NCBI GenBank assembly: GCA_963836235.1
Contig: CAWIIP010000001.1
Location: 32,001 to 96,000 of the forward strand
Length of the DNA: 64,000 bases
DNA from: an uncultured Pseudomonadota bacterium
GTDB lineage: Bacteria > Oederibacteriota > Muellerivitia > Muellerivitales > Muellerivitaceae
Reading direction: 5' to 3'
The notes below the pieces were generated by a model. That model had not been told where the DNA came from, searched no databases, and was given only the letters and a program-made list of their open reading frames with translations. Positions 18,708-27,465 of this stretch are shown here, in pieces (position 1 is the first letter of the stretch; each line of letters begins with the position of its first letter). A program made the position numbers and the translations under genes.

Positions 18708-19018
18708 CCCAAATACCGATAGCTCATTTTCTTTATCTTGCTGCCATTCTTTTCGGCATCGGCATTTTTGGAGTTTTGGCGCGCAAAAATGCGATTTCGG
18801 TCCTTATGGGAATCGAACTTATGTTGAACGCTGTAAACATTAATTATTTGGCCTTCGCGAAATATTGGGGACAGGGCACGTTTAGCGGCCCGGTTTTTGT
18901 GGTTTTCGTCATTACTATCGCGGCCGCTGAGGCCGCCGTTGCGCTGGCCATCGTCATATCCATTTATCGTCAAATGAAGAGTACTAATGTGGATGATGCC
19001 CATTATTTGCGTGGGTAA
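18704..19018 (+). CDS. nuoK: NADH-quinone oxidoreductase subunit K
   Basis: LMGIELMLNAVNIN, IAAAEAAVALA. Confidence 0.95.
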   Translation: MTQIPIAHFLYLAAILFGIGIFGVLARKNAISVLMGIELMLNAVNINYLAFAKYWGQGTFSGPVFVVFVITIAAAEAAVALAIVISIYRQMKSTNVDDAHYLRG

Positions 19019-19120
19019 TAAAACCGTTCCAACCGTTCAAAGCATCGGAAGCCTTCAGCTGTTTGTCGCCAGCCGTTGATCTTGAGTCGAGCCGTGACTT
19101 TAATTAGGTAAGGGGCAGGA

Positions 19121-21016
19121 ATGATCCAGTATTCGTGGTTGATACCCGTGATGCCGGCTTTGGCCTATGCGGTCATCATCTTTTTTACTCGTCGATCCAA
19201 GTCGCTTTCCGCCGCTATTTCCATTCTGACAATGGCCGCTTGTTTTTGCCTCTCCATAGGAGTCTTTTTGGAAATCGCCCAGCGGGATCCATCGCAACCT
19301 CTTCCCAACTTAACTTGGATCTGGTTGTCGGTTCCGCCTTGGGACGCCCACGTGGGCGTACTTATCGACCACCTGAGCGTGAACATGCTGTTGGTAGTGA
19401 CCTTAATCTCGCTGCTGGTGCAAATTTATTCCCTGGGCTATATGCATGATGATGAGCGGTTTTCGACCTATTATTCTTACCTCTCGCTTTTTACCGCTTC
19501 CATGCTGGTGCTGGTGGTTTCCAATAATTACCTCCAAATTTTCATTGGATGGGAGTTGGTGGGGCTTTGTTCCTATCTTTTAATCGGTTTCTGGTATTTC
19601 AAGCCCGAAGCGGCCAACGCCTGTAAAAAGGCCTTTGTCGTCAACCGCATTGGGGACATGGGGTTCCTGATGGGGGTCATTACCATTGGGATGATGTTCC
19701 AAACCTTCGATTTCGCGAAAGTTCAGGAACTTCTGACGCAGGAAATCGCGAAGGGCACCTTCCAAGGCAATCATTACATCGCCGGAATCGCCATCCTCCT
19801 TTTCTGTGGGGCGGTAGGGAAGAGCGCCCAGTTTCCGCTCCATGTTTGGCTTCCGGACGCCATGGAAGGCCCGACCCCAGTGTCCGCCCTTATCCACGCG
19901 GCTACCATGGTGGCGGCCGGGGTTTACATGGTTGCCCGGACCTACAGTATTTTCTCCGCGGACCCCTGGTCCATGACGGTCGTGGCCTGGGTTGGCGGAT
20001 TCACGGCTATCTTCGCCGCCTCCATCGCCTTGGCCCAAGACGACATCAAGCGCATCCTGGCCTATTCCACCTTGTCCCAATTGGGTTACATGATTATGTC
20101 CTTAGGGGCTGGGGGTTACACTTCCGGCATGTTTCACCTGACCACCCATGCCTGTTTCAAGGCCCTTTTGTTCCTCGGCGCCGGAAGCGTTATTCACGGG
20201 GTGCATAACCAGGATATTTGGAAGATGGGCGGCCTTTGGAACAAAATGAAAATTACGGCAGCTACTTTCCTCATCGCCAACCTGGCTATTTCCGGGATTC
20301 CCCCTTTCGCCGGTTTCTTCTCCAAAGACGCCATTTTGGATGCGGTCCACGAAAGCACCGTTCCGGGCCACGAGATTCTTTATTACGCCGCCGTTTTCAC
20401 GGCATTTCTCACTGCTTTTTACATGTTCCGGCTTTTCTTCGTGGTTTTTCTCGGGGAGCCGCGCGACCACCATGCCTACGACCATGCCCATGAGTCCCCG
20501 CTTACCATGACCGGGCCCCTCATGTTCCTGGCCTTTTTGTCCATCTGTATCGGTTGGTTGAATTGGCCGGGGTTGAATTACTATTCTAAGTTCGTTTTTT
20601 TCGGTCCGGGCAGCCCCGAAGGGGCTTCGAGCTTCCTTCAATTATTGGCGCAATCCTGGCTTTCGCTTTTGGTCGCCTTACTGGGTATCGGTTTGTCCGC
20701 CGCTTTTTATTACTTCAAAGTGTTCTCGGCCGAAAACGTCGCCCGGCAATTCCAGCCCATCTATCTTTTGTTGAAGAACAAATATTACTTTGACGAGATG
20801 TATGGTTGGTTCGTGGATAAGATCGTTTTTGGGATCGCTTCAGTTTTCCATTGGTTCGACGAAGTCGTTGTCGATGACGGCATGGTCGATGGGACGGGTT
20901 GGATCAACCGGAAAATGGGCAGCCTTTTCAGCCTGACCCAAACCGGCTATGTTCAAAATTACGCCTTGGTGATTTTCGGCGCGGTGGCCGTGATTTACCT
21001 GCTGGTTAGCTTCTAA
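19121..21016 (+). CDS. nuoL: NADH-quinone oxidoreductase subunit L
   Basis: GKSAQFPLHVWLPDAMEGPTPVSALIHAATMVAAG. Confidence 0.96.
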   Translation: MIQYSWLIPVMPALAYAVIIFFTRRSKSLSAAISILTMAACFCLSIGVFLEIAQRDPSQPLPNLTWIWLSVPPWDAHVGVLIDHLSVNMLLVVTLISLLVQIYSLGYMHDDERFSTYYSYLSLFTASMLVLVVSNNYLQIFIGWELVGLCSYLLIGFWYFKPEAANACKKAFVVNRIGDMGFLMGVITIGMMFQTFDFAKVQELLTQEIAKGTFQGNHYIAGIAILLFCGAVGKSAQFPLHVWLPDAMEGPTPVSALIHAATMVAAGVYMVARTYSIFSADPWSMTVVAWVGGFTAIFAASIALAQDDIKRILAYSTLSQLGYMIMSLGAGGYTSGMFHLTTHACFKALLFLGAGSVIHGVHNQDIWKMGGLWNKMKITAATFLIANLAISGIPPFAGFFSKDAILDAVHESTVPGHEILYYAAVFTAFLTAFYMFRLFFVVFLGEPRDHHAYDHAHESPLTMTGPLMFLAFLSICIGWLNWPGLNYYSKFVFFGPGSPEGASSFLQLLAQSWLSLLVALLGIGLSAAFYYFKVFSAENVARQFQPIYLLLKNKYYFDEMYGWFVDKIVFGIASVFHWFDEVVVDDGMVDGTGWINRKMGSLFSLTQTGYVQNYALVIFGAVAVIYLLVSF

Positions 21017-21036
21017 AACTCCGGAGGAAATAAAGA

Positions 21037-22617
21037 ATGCTTCCCGTACTCGCCACCATTTTGGTTCCTTTCGCAGCCATCTTTGCCCTTTTTTCTCAGG
21101 CTTCCGTCCATGGGCCGAATGTCTTGCCCCTCTTGACCACTTTTATCCTTATTCCCATTCTTTCCGCTTTTGCCATTATGGCCGCCCCCGAAAAATACAC
21201 TCGTTGGATCAGTCTTTTTATGGCTTCCCTCGAATTGGGAGTTGCCTTCAAGGTCTTCGCTCTTTATCAAACCACCGTGGGTGGATTTCAATTGGTGGAA
21301 GAAGTTCCCTGGCTGGGCAATTTTGGGATCAAATACCTTTTGGGCGTCGATGGAATGAGTACCTTGATGGTGTTTTTGGTCGGCTGCGTTTATTTCGCTG
21401 GGACACTCATTTCATGGAACGTCAGCCTCCGTAAAAAGGAATATTACGTCCTCTTTTCGCTTTTGGTCGGCGGAGTGGCCGGCGCTTATGAGAGCCTCGA
21501 CTTGTTCTTCTTCTTCCTCTTTTACGAGTTCGCCGTTTTGCCCATGTACCTCCTGGTCGGAATCTGGGGATCGGGCCGTAAGGAATACGCGGCCATGAAG
21601 CTGACCCTTATGCTCTTGGCCGGGTCGGCCTTCATGCTGGTGGGCTTCATCGCCATGTACTTCACTTCCAATGTCCATACTTTCGACATCCGCGTATTAG
21701 GTGACCTGTCTAAAACTGGCTTTAGCCCCGATTTCCAAAACATTTGGTTTCCCCTCCTTTTCCTCGGTTTCGGAGTCATCGCGGCCGTTTTTCCCTTTCA
21801 TACCTGGTCGCCTGATGGGTACGGTTCGGCTCCCACCGCCGCTTCCATGTTGCATGCGGGGGTTTTGAAGAGCCTGGGAGGATATAGCATCATTCGGGTC
21901 GCATTGCCGGCCATGCCCTTAGGGGCAAAACACTGGCTTCCCATTCTGGTTCTTTTGACCCTGGTCAATATTCTCTACGCCGCCTTGGTTGCCTTAAAAC
22001 AAAAGGACTTCAAGTATGTCATCGCTTATTCTTCCGTGTCTCATTGTGGCGCCATTCTTTTCGGCATTTGTACCCTCCAGGTCGCCGGTTTAAATGGGGC
22101 GGTCATCCAAACCCTTTCCCACGGAATCGTGGCGGCCATGACCTTCGCCTTAGTGGGGACGGTTTATGGCAAGGCCCACACGAGAGAACTAGCTAAGTTG
22201 GGCGGACTAGGAGCCTGCATGCCGGTTTTAGGCGGGCTTTTCGTGGCGGCGGCGATGGCCAACGTGGGATTACCCGGCTTAAGCGGTTTCGTGGGCGAGT
22301 TCCTTATTTTCCTGGGGTCCTACCGCAGCGGATACAACGGTGGATTCACGATCTTCCAAGTCCTTTTTCCCGTGGCCGTTCTAGCCATCGTCTTGACGGC
22401 TGTTTATTACCTTCGGCTTGTCCAAATGGTTTTTTATGGGCCTGTGAAGGATCCTCACTTTAAGGAAGAGGTTCATGATGGCACCTTCATCGAAATTCTG
22501 CCGATCGCTTTTCTCCTGGCCGTTTCGCTCGCTGTGGGTTTATACCCGAAACCCTTTGTCGATATGTCCAACGCGACCATCGCGCCCTTGATCGACTATA
22601 TCGGAGGATTCAAGTGA
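21037..22617 (+). CDS. nuoM: NADH-quinone oxidoreductase subunit M
   Basis: LPMYLLVGIWGS, FPFHTWSPD, GLPGLSGFVGEF. Confidence 0.94.
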   Translation: MLPVLATILVPFAAIFALFSQASVHGPNVLPLLTTFILIPILSAFAIMAAPEKYTRWISLFMASLELGVAFKVFALYQTTVGGFQLVEEVPWLGNFGIKYLLGVDGMSTLMVFLVGCVYFAGTLISWNVSLRKKEYYVLFSLLVGGVAGAYESLDLFFFFLFYEFAVLPMYLLVGIWGSGRKEYAAMKLTLMLLAGSAFMLVGFIAMYFTSNVHTFDIRVLGDLSKTGFSPDFQNIWFPLLFLGFGVIAAVFPFHTWSPDGYGSAPTAASMLHAGVLKSLGGYSIIRVALPAMPLGAKHWLPILVLLTLVNILYAALVALKQKDFKYVIAYSSVSHCGAILFGICTLQVAGLNGAVIQTLSHGIVAAMTFALVGTVYGKAHTRELAKLGGLGACMPVLGGLFVAAAMANVGLPGLSGFVGEFLIFLGSYRSGYNGGFTIFQVLFPVAVLAIVLTAVYYLRLVQMVFYGPVKDPHFKEEVHDGTFIEILPIAFLLAVSLAVGLYPKPFVDMSNATIAPLIDYIGGFK

Positions 22618-24083
22618 TCCAAGTTTCTTCTTTCCTGCCGGAGCTTTGGCTGGTGTGCACGGCCATACTGATCCTGCTGGTGGAATTGTTTTCGGAAAGC
22701 GACTCGACCCGCCGGATGCTGAATAGGATCGCGGTTTTAGGCGTCTTGGGCGCCTTGGTCACCCTGCCTTGCGTGGGGGGGCTTTGTTGTTCCGCGGCCT
22801 GTACATTGGGGTCCTTTCCGACGGAAGCCTTCAATGGTTTCCTTAAAACGGATGGCTTGGCGGCTTTTTTCAAGATGATCGTGTTGCTCGGCACGCTTCT
22901 GACCCTTTTCATCACCTTCCGCTACTTCAAAAGCCGGCCCACCCATTACCCGGCCGAATTCCTGGCCGTTCTTTTGTTTTCGGCGGCGGGGGCCTCGGCT
23001 TTGGCCTCGGCTCAGGAAATCATCACTCTTTACGTTTCGTTGGAAACCCTGACGATCAGCAGTTATTTACTGGCGTCTTTTATGAAAAAAGACAAGGGAA
23101 GTAACGAGGCGGGAATGAAATACCTATTGCTGGGGGCCTTTTCCTCCGCCATCCTTTTGCTGGGCTTCTCTTATATATATGGCCTGACCGGGACGACGGT
23201 TATCGCCCAAATCGGAAAAAGTCTGGCGGCCCAGCCTTTCTCGCCCATGCTGGCCCTGGCGATCATCTTGGTGACCGGCGGTTTGGGTTTCAAGATATCG
23301 CTGGCGCCCTTCCATATGTGGACGCCCGACGTTTACGAAGGAGCCCCGACTCCCGTGACGGCCTTTCTTTCCGTGGTTTCCAAAACGGCGGGATTCGCGG
23401 CTTTTGTCCGTATCTTCTGGGTAGGGCTCTCCAATTCCTCCGCCGCGCCGGTTTGGGCGGGACTTTTCGCGGTCCTGGCGGCGATGAGCATTATCCTGGG
23501 CAATTTAGAAGCTATTCCCCAAAAAAACATCAAGCGCATGATGGCCTATTCCTCTATCGCCCAAGCTGGGTACATTTCAACGGGTTTCCTGGCGGGAGGG
23601 CAACTGGGCCTGACAGCGGTCCTCTTTTACCTCTTTGTCTATCTATTCGCCAACATGGGGGCCTTCCTGGCGATCGTGATTGTTTCCGGTAAAACAGGCA
23701 GCGACCAAATCGAGGATTTCGCCGGCATGTGGAAAAGATCCCCCCTGATAGGGGTTGTCCTGCTGGTATGCCTTCTTTCCCTCGCGGGAGTGCCGCCCTT
23801 CGCTGGTTTTTCGGGAAAGTGGTACTTATTCGGCGCCGCCATCCACATGGGGTACACTTGGCTGGCACTGGTGGGAATGGTTTTCAGCGTGGTATCCCTT
23901 TACTATTACCTGCAGGTGGTACGCCAGGCCCTGATGGTGGATGCCAAGGATTCCTCGCCCATCGAAATGAACCTTATCGAAAAAGTGATCTTGGTGGTCT
24001 GCATTGTTTCCACCGTTACCTTCGGTTTCTGGCCGACGCCCATCATGGATATGGCCCAAGCGGCTTCCACAGCCCTGTTTTAA
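22614..24083 (+). CDS. nuoN: NADH-quinone oxidoreductase subunit N
   Basis: EAGMKYLLLG, FKISLAPFHMWTPDVYEGAPTPVT, SLAGVPPFAGFSGKW. Confidence 0.95.
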   Translation: MIQVSSFLPELWLVCTAILILLVELFSESDSTRRMLNRIAVLGVLGALVTLPCVGGLCCSAACTLGSFPTEAFNGFLKTDGLAAFFKMIVLLGTLLTLFITFRYFKSRPTHYPAEFLAVLLFSAAGASALASAQEIITLYVSLETLTISSYLLASFMKKDKGSNEAGMKYLLLGAFSSAILLLGFSYIYGLTGTTVIAQIGKSLAAQPFSPMLALAIILVTGGLGFKISLAPFHMWTPDVYEGAPTPVTAFLSVVSKTAGFAAFVRIFWVGLSNSSAAPVWAGLFAVLAAMSIILGNLEAIPQKNIKRMMAYSSIAQAGYISTGFLAGGQLGLTAVLFYLFVYLFANMGAFLAIVIVSGKTGSDQIEDFAGMWKRSPLIGVVLLVCLLSLAGVPPFAGFSGKWYLFGAAIHMGYTWLALVGMVFSVVSLYYYLQVVRQALMVDAKDSSPIEMNLIEKVILVVCIVSTVTFGFWPTPIMDMAQAASTALF

Positions 24084-24105
24084 AAGTTTTTATCCCGCGG
24101 GTTTA

Positions 24106-24135
24106 AACCTCCGGCTTTCCGCCGGGGGTTTTTTT
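24106..24135 (+). terminator. Intrinsic terminator of the nuo operon
   Basis: AACCTCCGGC-tttcc-GCCGGGGGTT followed by a T-run. Confidence 0.85.
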
Positions 24136-24253
24136 GTTTCTGGAGATTTCATCATGTCCCCTTTTGAGACGAGCGGGAAAGTTGTTTCAAAGTATAAAAA
24201 ACGGTAGAGTGGTCGGGTTTGAGGGAGGTAGCGTCCTTTCGAGGGAGAATGCG

Positions 24254-25072
24254 ATGATGACTAATGGATTATTAGGAGCGGTGTTTTTCTTTTATGCTTT
24301 CAGCAGTTTTTACGCCTTCCGCTATTACCGCGGCCTGGACGAAGGTTCGGACCGATTGGCGGTCCGATGGCTATTAGCTGGATTCTTTTTCCAAGGGCTA
24401 CTGCTGACGGCCCAATGGATGACGGATGGCTACGCCCCCCTGGTCACCCTTGAGGGCATTTTAACCGCCTTCTCCTTTTCGCTGGCAGCGGCTTTGCTCT
24501 TGGGTCGCCTCAAAACACCGGTACCGGTACTGACGTCGCTCTTCCTGCCTTTCATCCTCTTGGTAGCTCTCCTGGCCTTTTGGCTGGGCTTCAAGCCTAC
24601 GGCCCTGATGGACAGCCGTTTAATGACTCCTGGAATGGCCAGCCATATTTTCCTCACCTTCATGGGTTTTTCCCATTTCACCTTAGGGTTCGGCGTGGGA
24701 GTGGCTTTTTGGGTCCAAGAAGGGCAATTAAAGCAGCATCAGGTCAAAAGCTGGAGCTACCGCCTCCCGGCGCTCGAGGCTTTGGACCGATTGACCGTTT
24801 ACTACATCGGACTGGGTTTTCTCTTCTGGCTCCTGGGGTTGTGGCTGGGAGCCGTCCAGGCTATCCAGGTTTGGAATCGGCTTCCCTTGGCGGATCCAAA
24901 AATCCTGGGCTCTTTCCTGGTTCTCATTATTTACGCCGGTTTCTTCCTGCTTCGATGGGGTTTTCGGATGAGGGGAAGAAAGTCCATGGTGCTGGTGATG
25001 GCGGGTTACCTCCTGGCCCTTTTTACCTTTGTGGGTGTCCGCGTCTTTTTAACCACCCAGCACGTACTTTAA
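24254..25072 (+). CDS. CcsA/HemX-like membrane protein (cytochrome c assembly family)
   Basis: Multiple TM helices, SHIFL, QLK...RLPALEALDRL, DPKIL, C-terminal H; directly upstream of hemA; start moved to ATG 24254 behind GGAG. Confidence 0.85.
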   Translation: MMTNGLLGAVFFFYAFSSFYAFRYYRGLDEGSDRLAVRWLLAGFFFQGLLLTAQWMTDGYAPLVTLEGILTAFSFSLAAALLLGRLKTPVPVLTSLFLPFILLVALLAFWLGFKPTALMDSRLMTPGMASHIFLTFMGFSHFTLGFGVGVAFWVQEGQLKQHQVKSWSYRLPALEALDRLTVYYIGLGFLFWLLGLWLGAVQAIQVWNRLPLADPKILGSFLVLIIYAGFFLLRWGFRMRGRKSMVLVMAGYLLALFTFVGVRVFLTTQHVL

Positions 25073-25084
25073 GGCAAGGTCCCC

Positions 25085-26347
25085 ATGAAGTTTATCGCCT
25101 ACGGATTAAACCACACGACGGCCCCCCTCGCGGTCAGGGAAAAATACGCCCTCCCGCCGGAAAAAGTTATGGAAGTTCTTCGGGGCCTGAAGACCCATTC
25201 GGCGGAAACGGTTTTTCTTTCCACTTGTAACCGGGTGGAATTTTATCTTTCCCCTGAACATGACGAAAATTGCCTGACCGAAATCCGCGACACACTGGGA
25301 AAGTTCCACCGTTTAAAACCGGCGGAGGTTAAGAAATATTTTTACCTTCACGAGGGCCCGGAGGCTTTTTTACACCTCTTCCGGGTGGCCTCCTCACTGG
25401 ATTCCATGGTGGTGGGGGAAGCCCAAATCCTGGGCCAGGTGAAAGAGGCCTTTCAGGAATCCCGGCAGGCCGGGCTGGCCGGCGCGGCTTTCCACGGTAT
25501 TTTCGACCGGGCCTTCACCGCGGCCAAAAGGGTTCGCTCCCAAACCGAAATAGCCCGGATGCCGGTGAATGTCTCCAGCGTGGCGGTGGACTTGGCCCGG
25601 AAAATCTTTACCACCATTTCAGAGCACTCGGCCCTGCTGTTAGGCGCGGGCGAAATGGGGGAATTGACAGCCAAATACCTGGTGGACGCGGGGGTGAATG
25701 ATTTTTTTATCGCCAACCGGACCTTGGAAAAGGCCGAAGCCCTGGCCTCCAAAATGGGTGGGAAAGCCTTGCCATTAACGGAAAGCCTGAAAAAGATCGA
25801 ACAGGTCGATATCATCCTGGCTTCCCTTGGGGGAGGTTCTTCCTGGCTTAAAAAGAAGGAAGTCGAACAGGCGATGAGGAACCGCAAAGGAAGGCCCCTT
25901 TTCATCATCGACATCGGGGTGCCACGGAATGTCGAACCTGAAACGGGTAAGATTGAATCCGTCTACCTTTATAACATTGATGACCTCTCCGCGATCGCCG
26001 AAGGAAACCGAGGCCAAAGGCAAATGGCGGTTGAGACCGCCGAATCGATTCTCCGGGAAGAGGTCAACAAGCTTTGCGACTGGCTGACGGGGTTGGAACT
26101 GGTTCCAACCGTCGTCAAGCTTCGGCAACATTTCGAGGGAATCCGCCAATCCGAATTGGCGGATTTTATGGAAAAGAACGGTCAGTTGAGTGAAAAGGAC
26201 CGAAAGGCCGTTGACCGGCTGACCCATGATTTGACCGCAAAGCTTTTACACGATCCTTCCGTTAACCTGAAGGGCATCGCCAATGAGACGGACCGGTTTG
26301 AGTTTGCCCGGATGCTGAACGAAATTTTCTTGAAAAAGGACCATTAA
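25085..26347 (+). CDS. hemA: Glutamyl-tRNA reductase
   Basis: STCNRVE, SLDSMVVGEAQILGQVK, GAGEMG, DIGVPRNVE. Confidence 0.96.
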   Translation: MKFIAYGLNHTTAPLAVREKYALPPEKVMEVLRGLKTHSAETVFLSTCNRVEFYLSPEHDENCLTEIRDTLGKFHRLKPAEVKKYFYLHEGPEAFLHLFRVASSLDSMVVGEAQILGQVKEAFQESRQAGLAGAAFHGIFDRAFTAAKRVRSQTEIARMPVNVSSVAVDLARKIFTTISEHSALLLGAGEMGELTAKYLVDAGVNDFFIANRTLEKAEALASKMGGKALPLTESLKKIEQVDIILASLGGGSSWLKKKEVEQAMRNRKGRPLFIIDIGVPRNVEPETGKIESVYLYNIDDLSAIAEGNRGQRQMAVETAESILREEVNKLCDWLTGLELVPTVVKLRQHFEGIRQSELADFMEKNGQLSEKDRKAVDRLTHDLTAKLLHDPSVNLKGIANETDRFEFARMLNEIFLKKDH

Positions 26348-26487
26348 CAGGATGTTGAAAAAGTCCGAAATCGAACTTTTTCCTTTTATGAACGAGCCAC
26401 GGATCATATAAACCATATTTTAAGTGGCTCTTTCTATTCCATGGCTGTCGACAGGGCGCTGAAAATGCTTTTTCAGCACTCTGTTAA
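26344..26487. mobile_element. MITE-like element with terminal inverted repeats and TTAA flanks
   Basis: TTAA-CAGGATGTTGAAAAAG ... CTTTTTCAGCACTCTG-TTAA; non-coding; a related shorter copy lies at 41941-41992. Confidence 0.75.
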
Positions 26488-26511
26488 AATCCAGGATAAG
26501 ATGGGCATTCC

Positions 26512-27441
26512 ATGATACTGATAGGCACCCGAGGCAGCCAATTAGCCCTGACCCAGGCGGAAGGGGTCCGTTCGCAGATTGCCCTTTTATTCCCCGGCGA
26601 AGAGGTTCGACTGGAAGTGGTGAAAACCCTGGGGGACCGTCTTTCCGCGAAGGAAGCCGCCGAGGAAAGGGAGGAACCCCCGCAGGGGCTCTTTACCAAA
26701 GAATTGGATGAGGCCCTTCTTTTGGGCCGCATTCGGGCCGCCATCCATAGCTTGAAGGACGTGCCGACAATCCTTCCCGCCGGAATCGGTTATGGAGCCT
26801 TCGTCAAGCGTGAGGACCCCAGGGATGTTTTGATCTCCAAATCAGGCTCTAAATTCTTTGAGTTACCTGCTGGTTCAGTTGTGGGCACCGGATCTCCCCG
26901 CCGGGAAGCGCAAATCCGGGCGGTCCGCTCCGACCTCAAGGTGGCGCCCCTGCGGGGGAACGTCGATACGCGCCTGCGAAAGCTGAGAGAAGGGGAATAT
27001 GACGCCATCGTCATCGCGGCGGCGGGGCTGAAACGCCTGGGAAGGGGAAACGAAGCCACCGAGTTCCTCGATCCCGAAGTCATCCTTTCCGCCCCCGCCC
27101 AGGGAGTGCTTTGCGTGACGCTGCGGGAGAACGACCAGGCATTCATCAAGGCGCTTGAGCCTTTGGACGACAGGCCCACCCGAATTTGCGCGGAGGCCGA
27201 AAGATCTTTTTTAAGGACTTTACAAGGGGGCTGCCGCATCCCGGTGGGGGCATTGGCCAGCGTGGAAGGGGAAACGCTCCATCTTTCGGGGGTCATCGCC
27301 CATCCGAATGGCGAACAGATCATGCGCCACAGCCGAAAAGGCTCCATTCAACGGCCCAAAGAATTAGGGGACGAATTGGCCCGGCATTTTTTAGCCCAGG
27401 GGGCCCAAGAAATTTTAAACGGCTTTGGCCGGACGACTTAG
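26512..27441 (+). CDS. hemC: Hydroxymethylbilane synthase
   Basis: GTRGSQLAL, GLFTKEL, HSLKDVPT, LRGNVDTRL, GGCRIPVG. Confidence 0.96.
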   Translation: MILIGTRGSQLALTQAEGVRSQIALLFPGEEVRLEVVKTLGDRLSAKEAAEEREEPPQGLFTKELDEALLLGRIRAAIHSLKDVPTILPAGIGYGAFVKREDPRDVLISKSGSKFFELPAGSVVGTGSPRREAQIRAVRSDLKVAPLRGNVDTRLRKLREGEYDAIVIAAAGLKRLGRGNEATEFLDPEVILSAPAQGVLCVTLRENDQAFIKALEPLDDRPTRICAEAERSFLRTLQGGCRIPVGALASVEGETLHLSGVIAHPNGEQIMRHSRKGSIQRPKELGDELARHFLAQGAQEILNGFGRTT

Positions 27442-27465
27442 TGAGTTTTTAAGTTTAGGGAGCTT

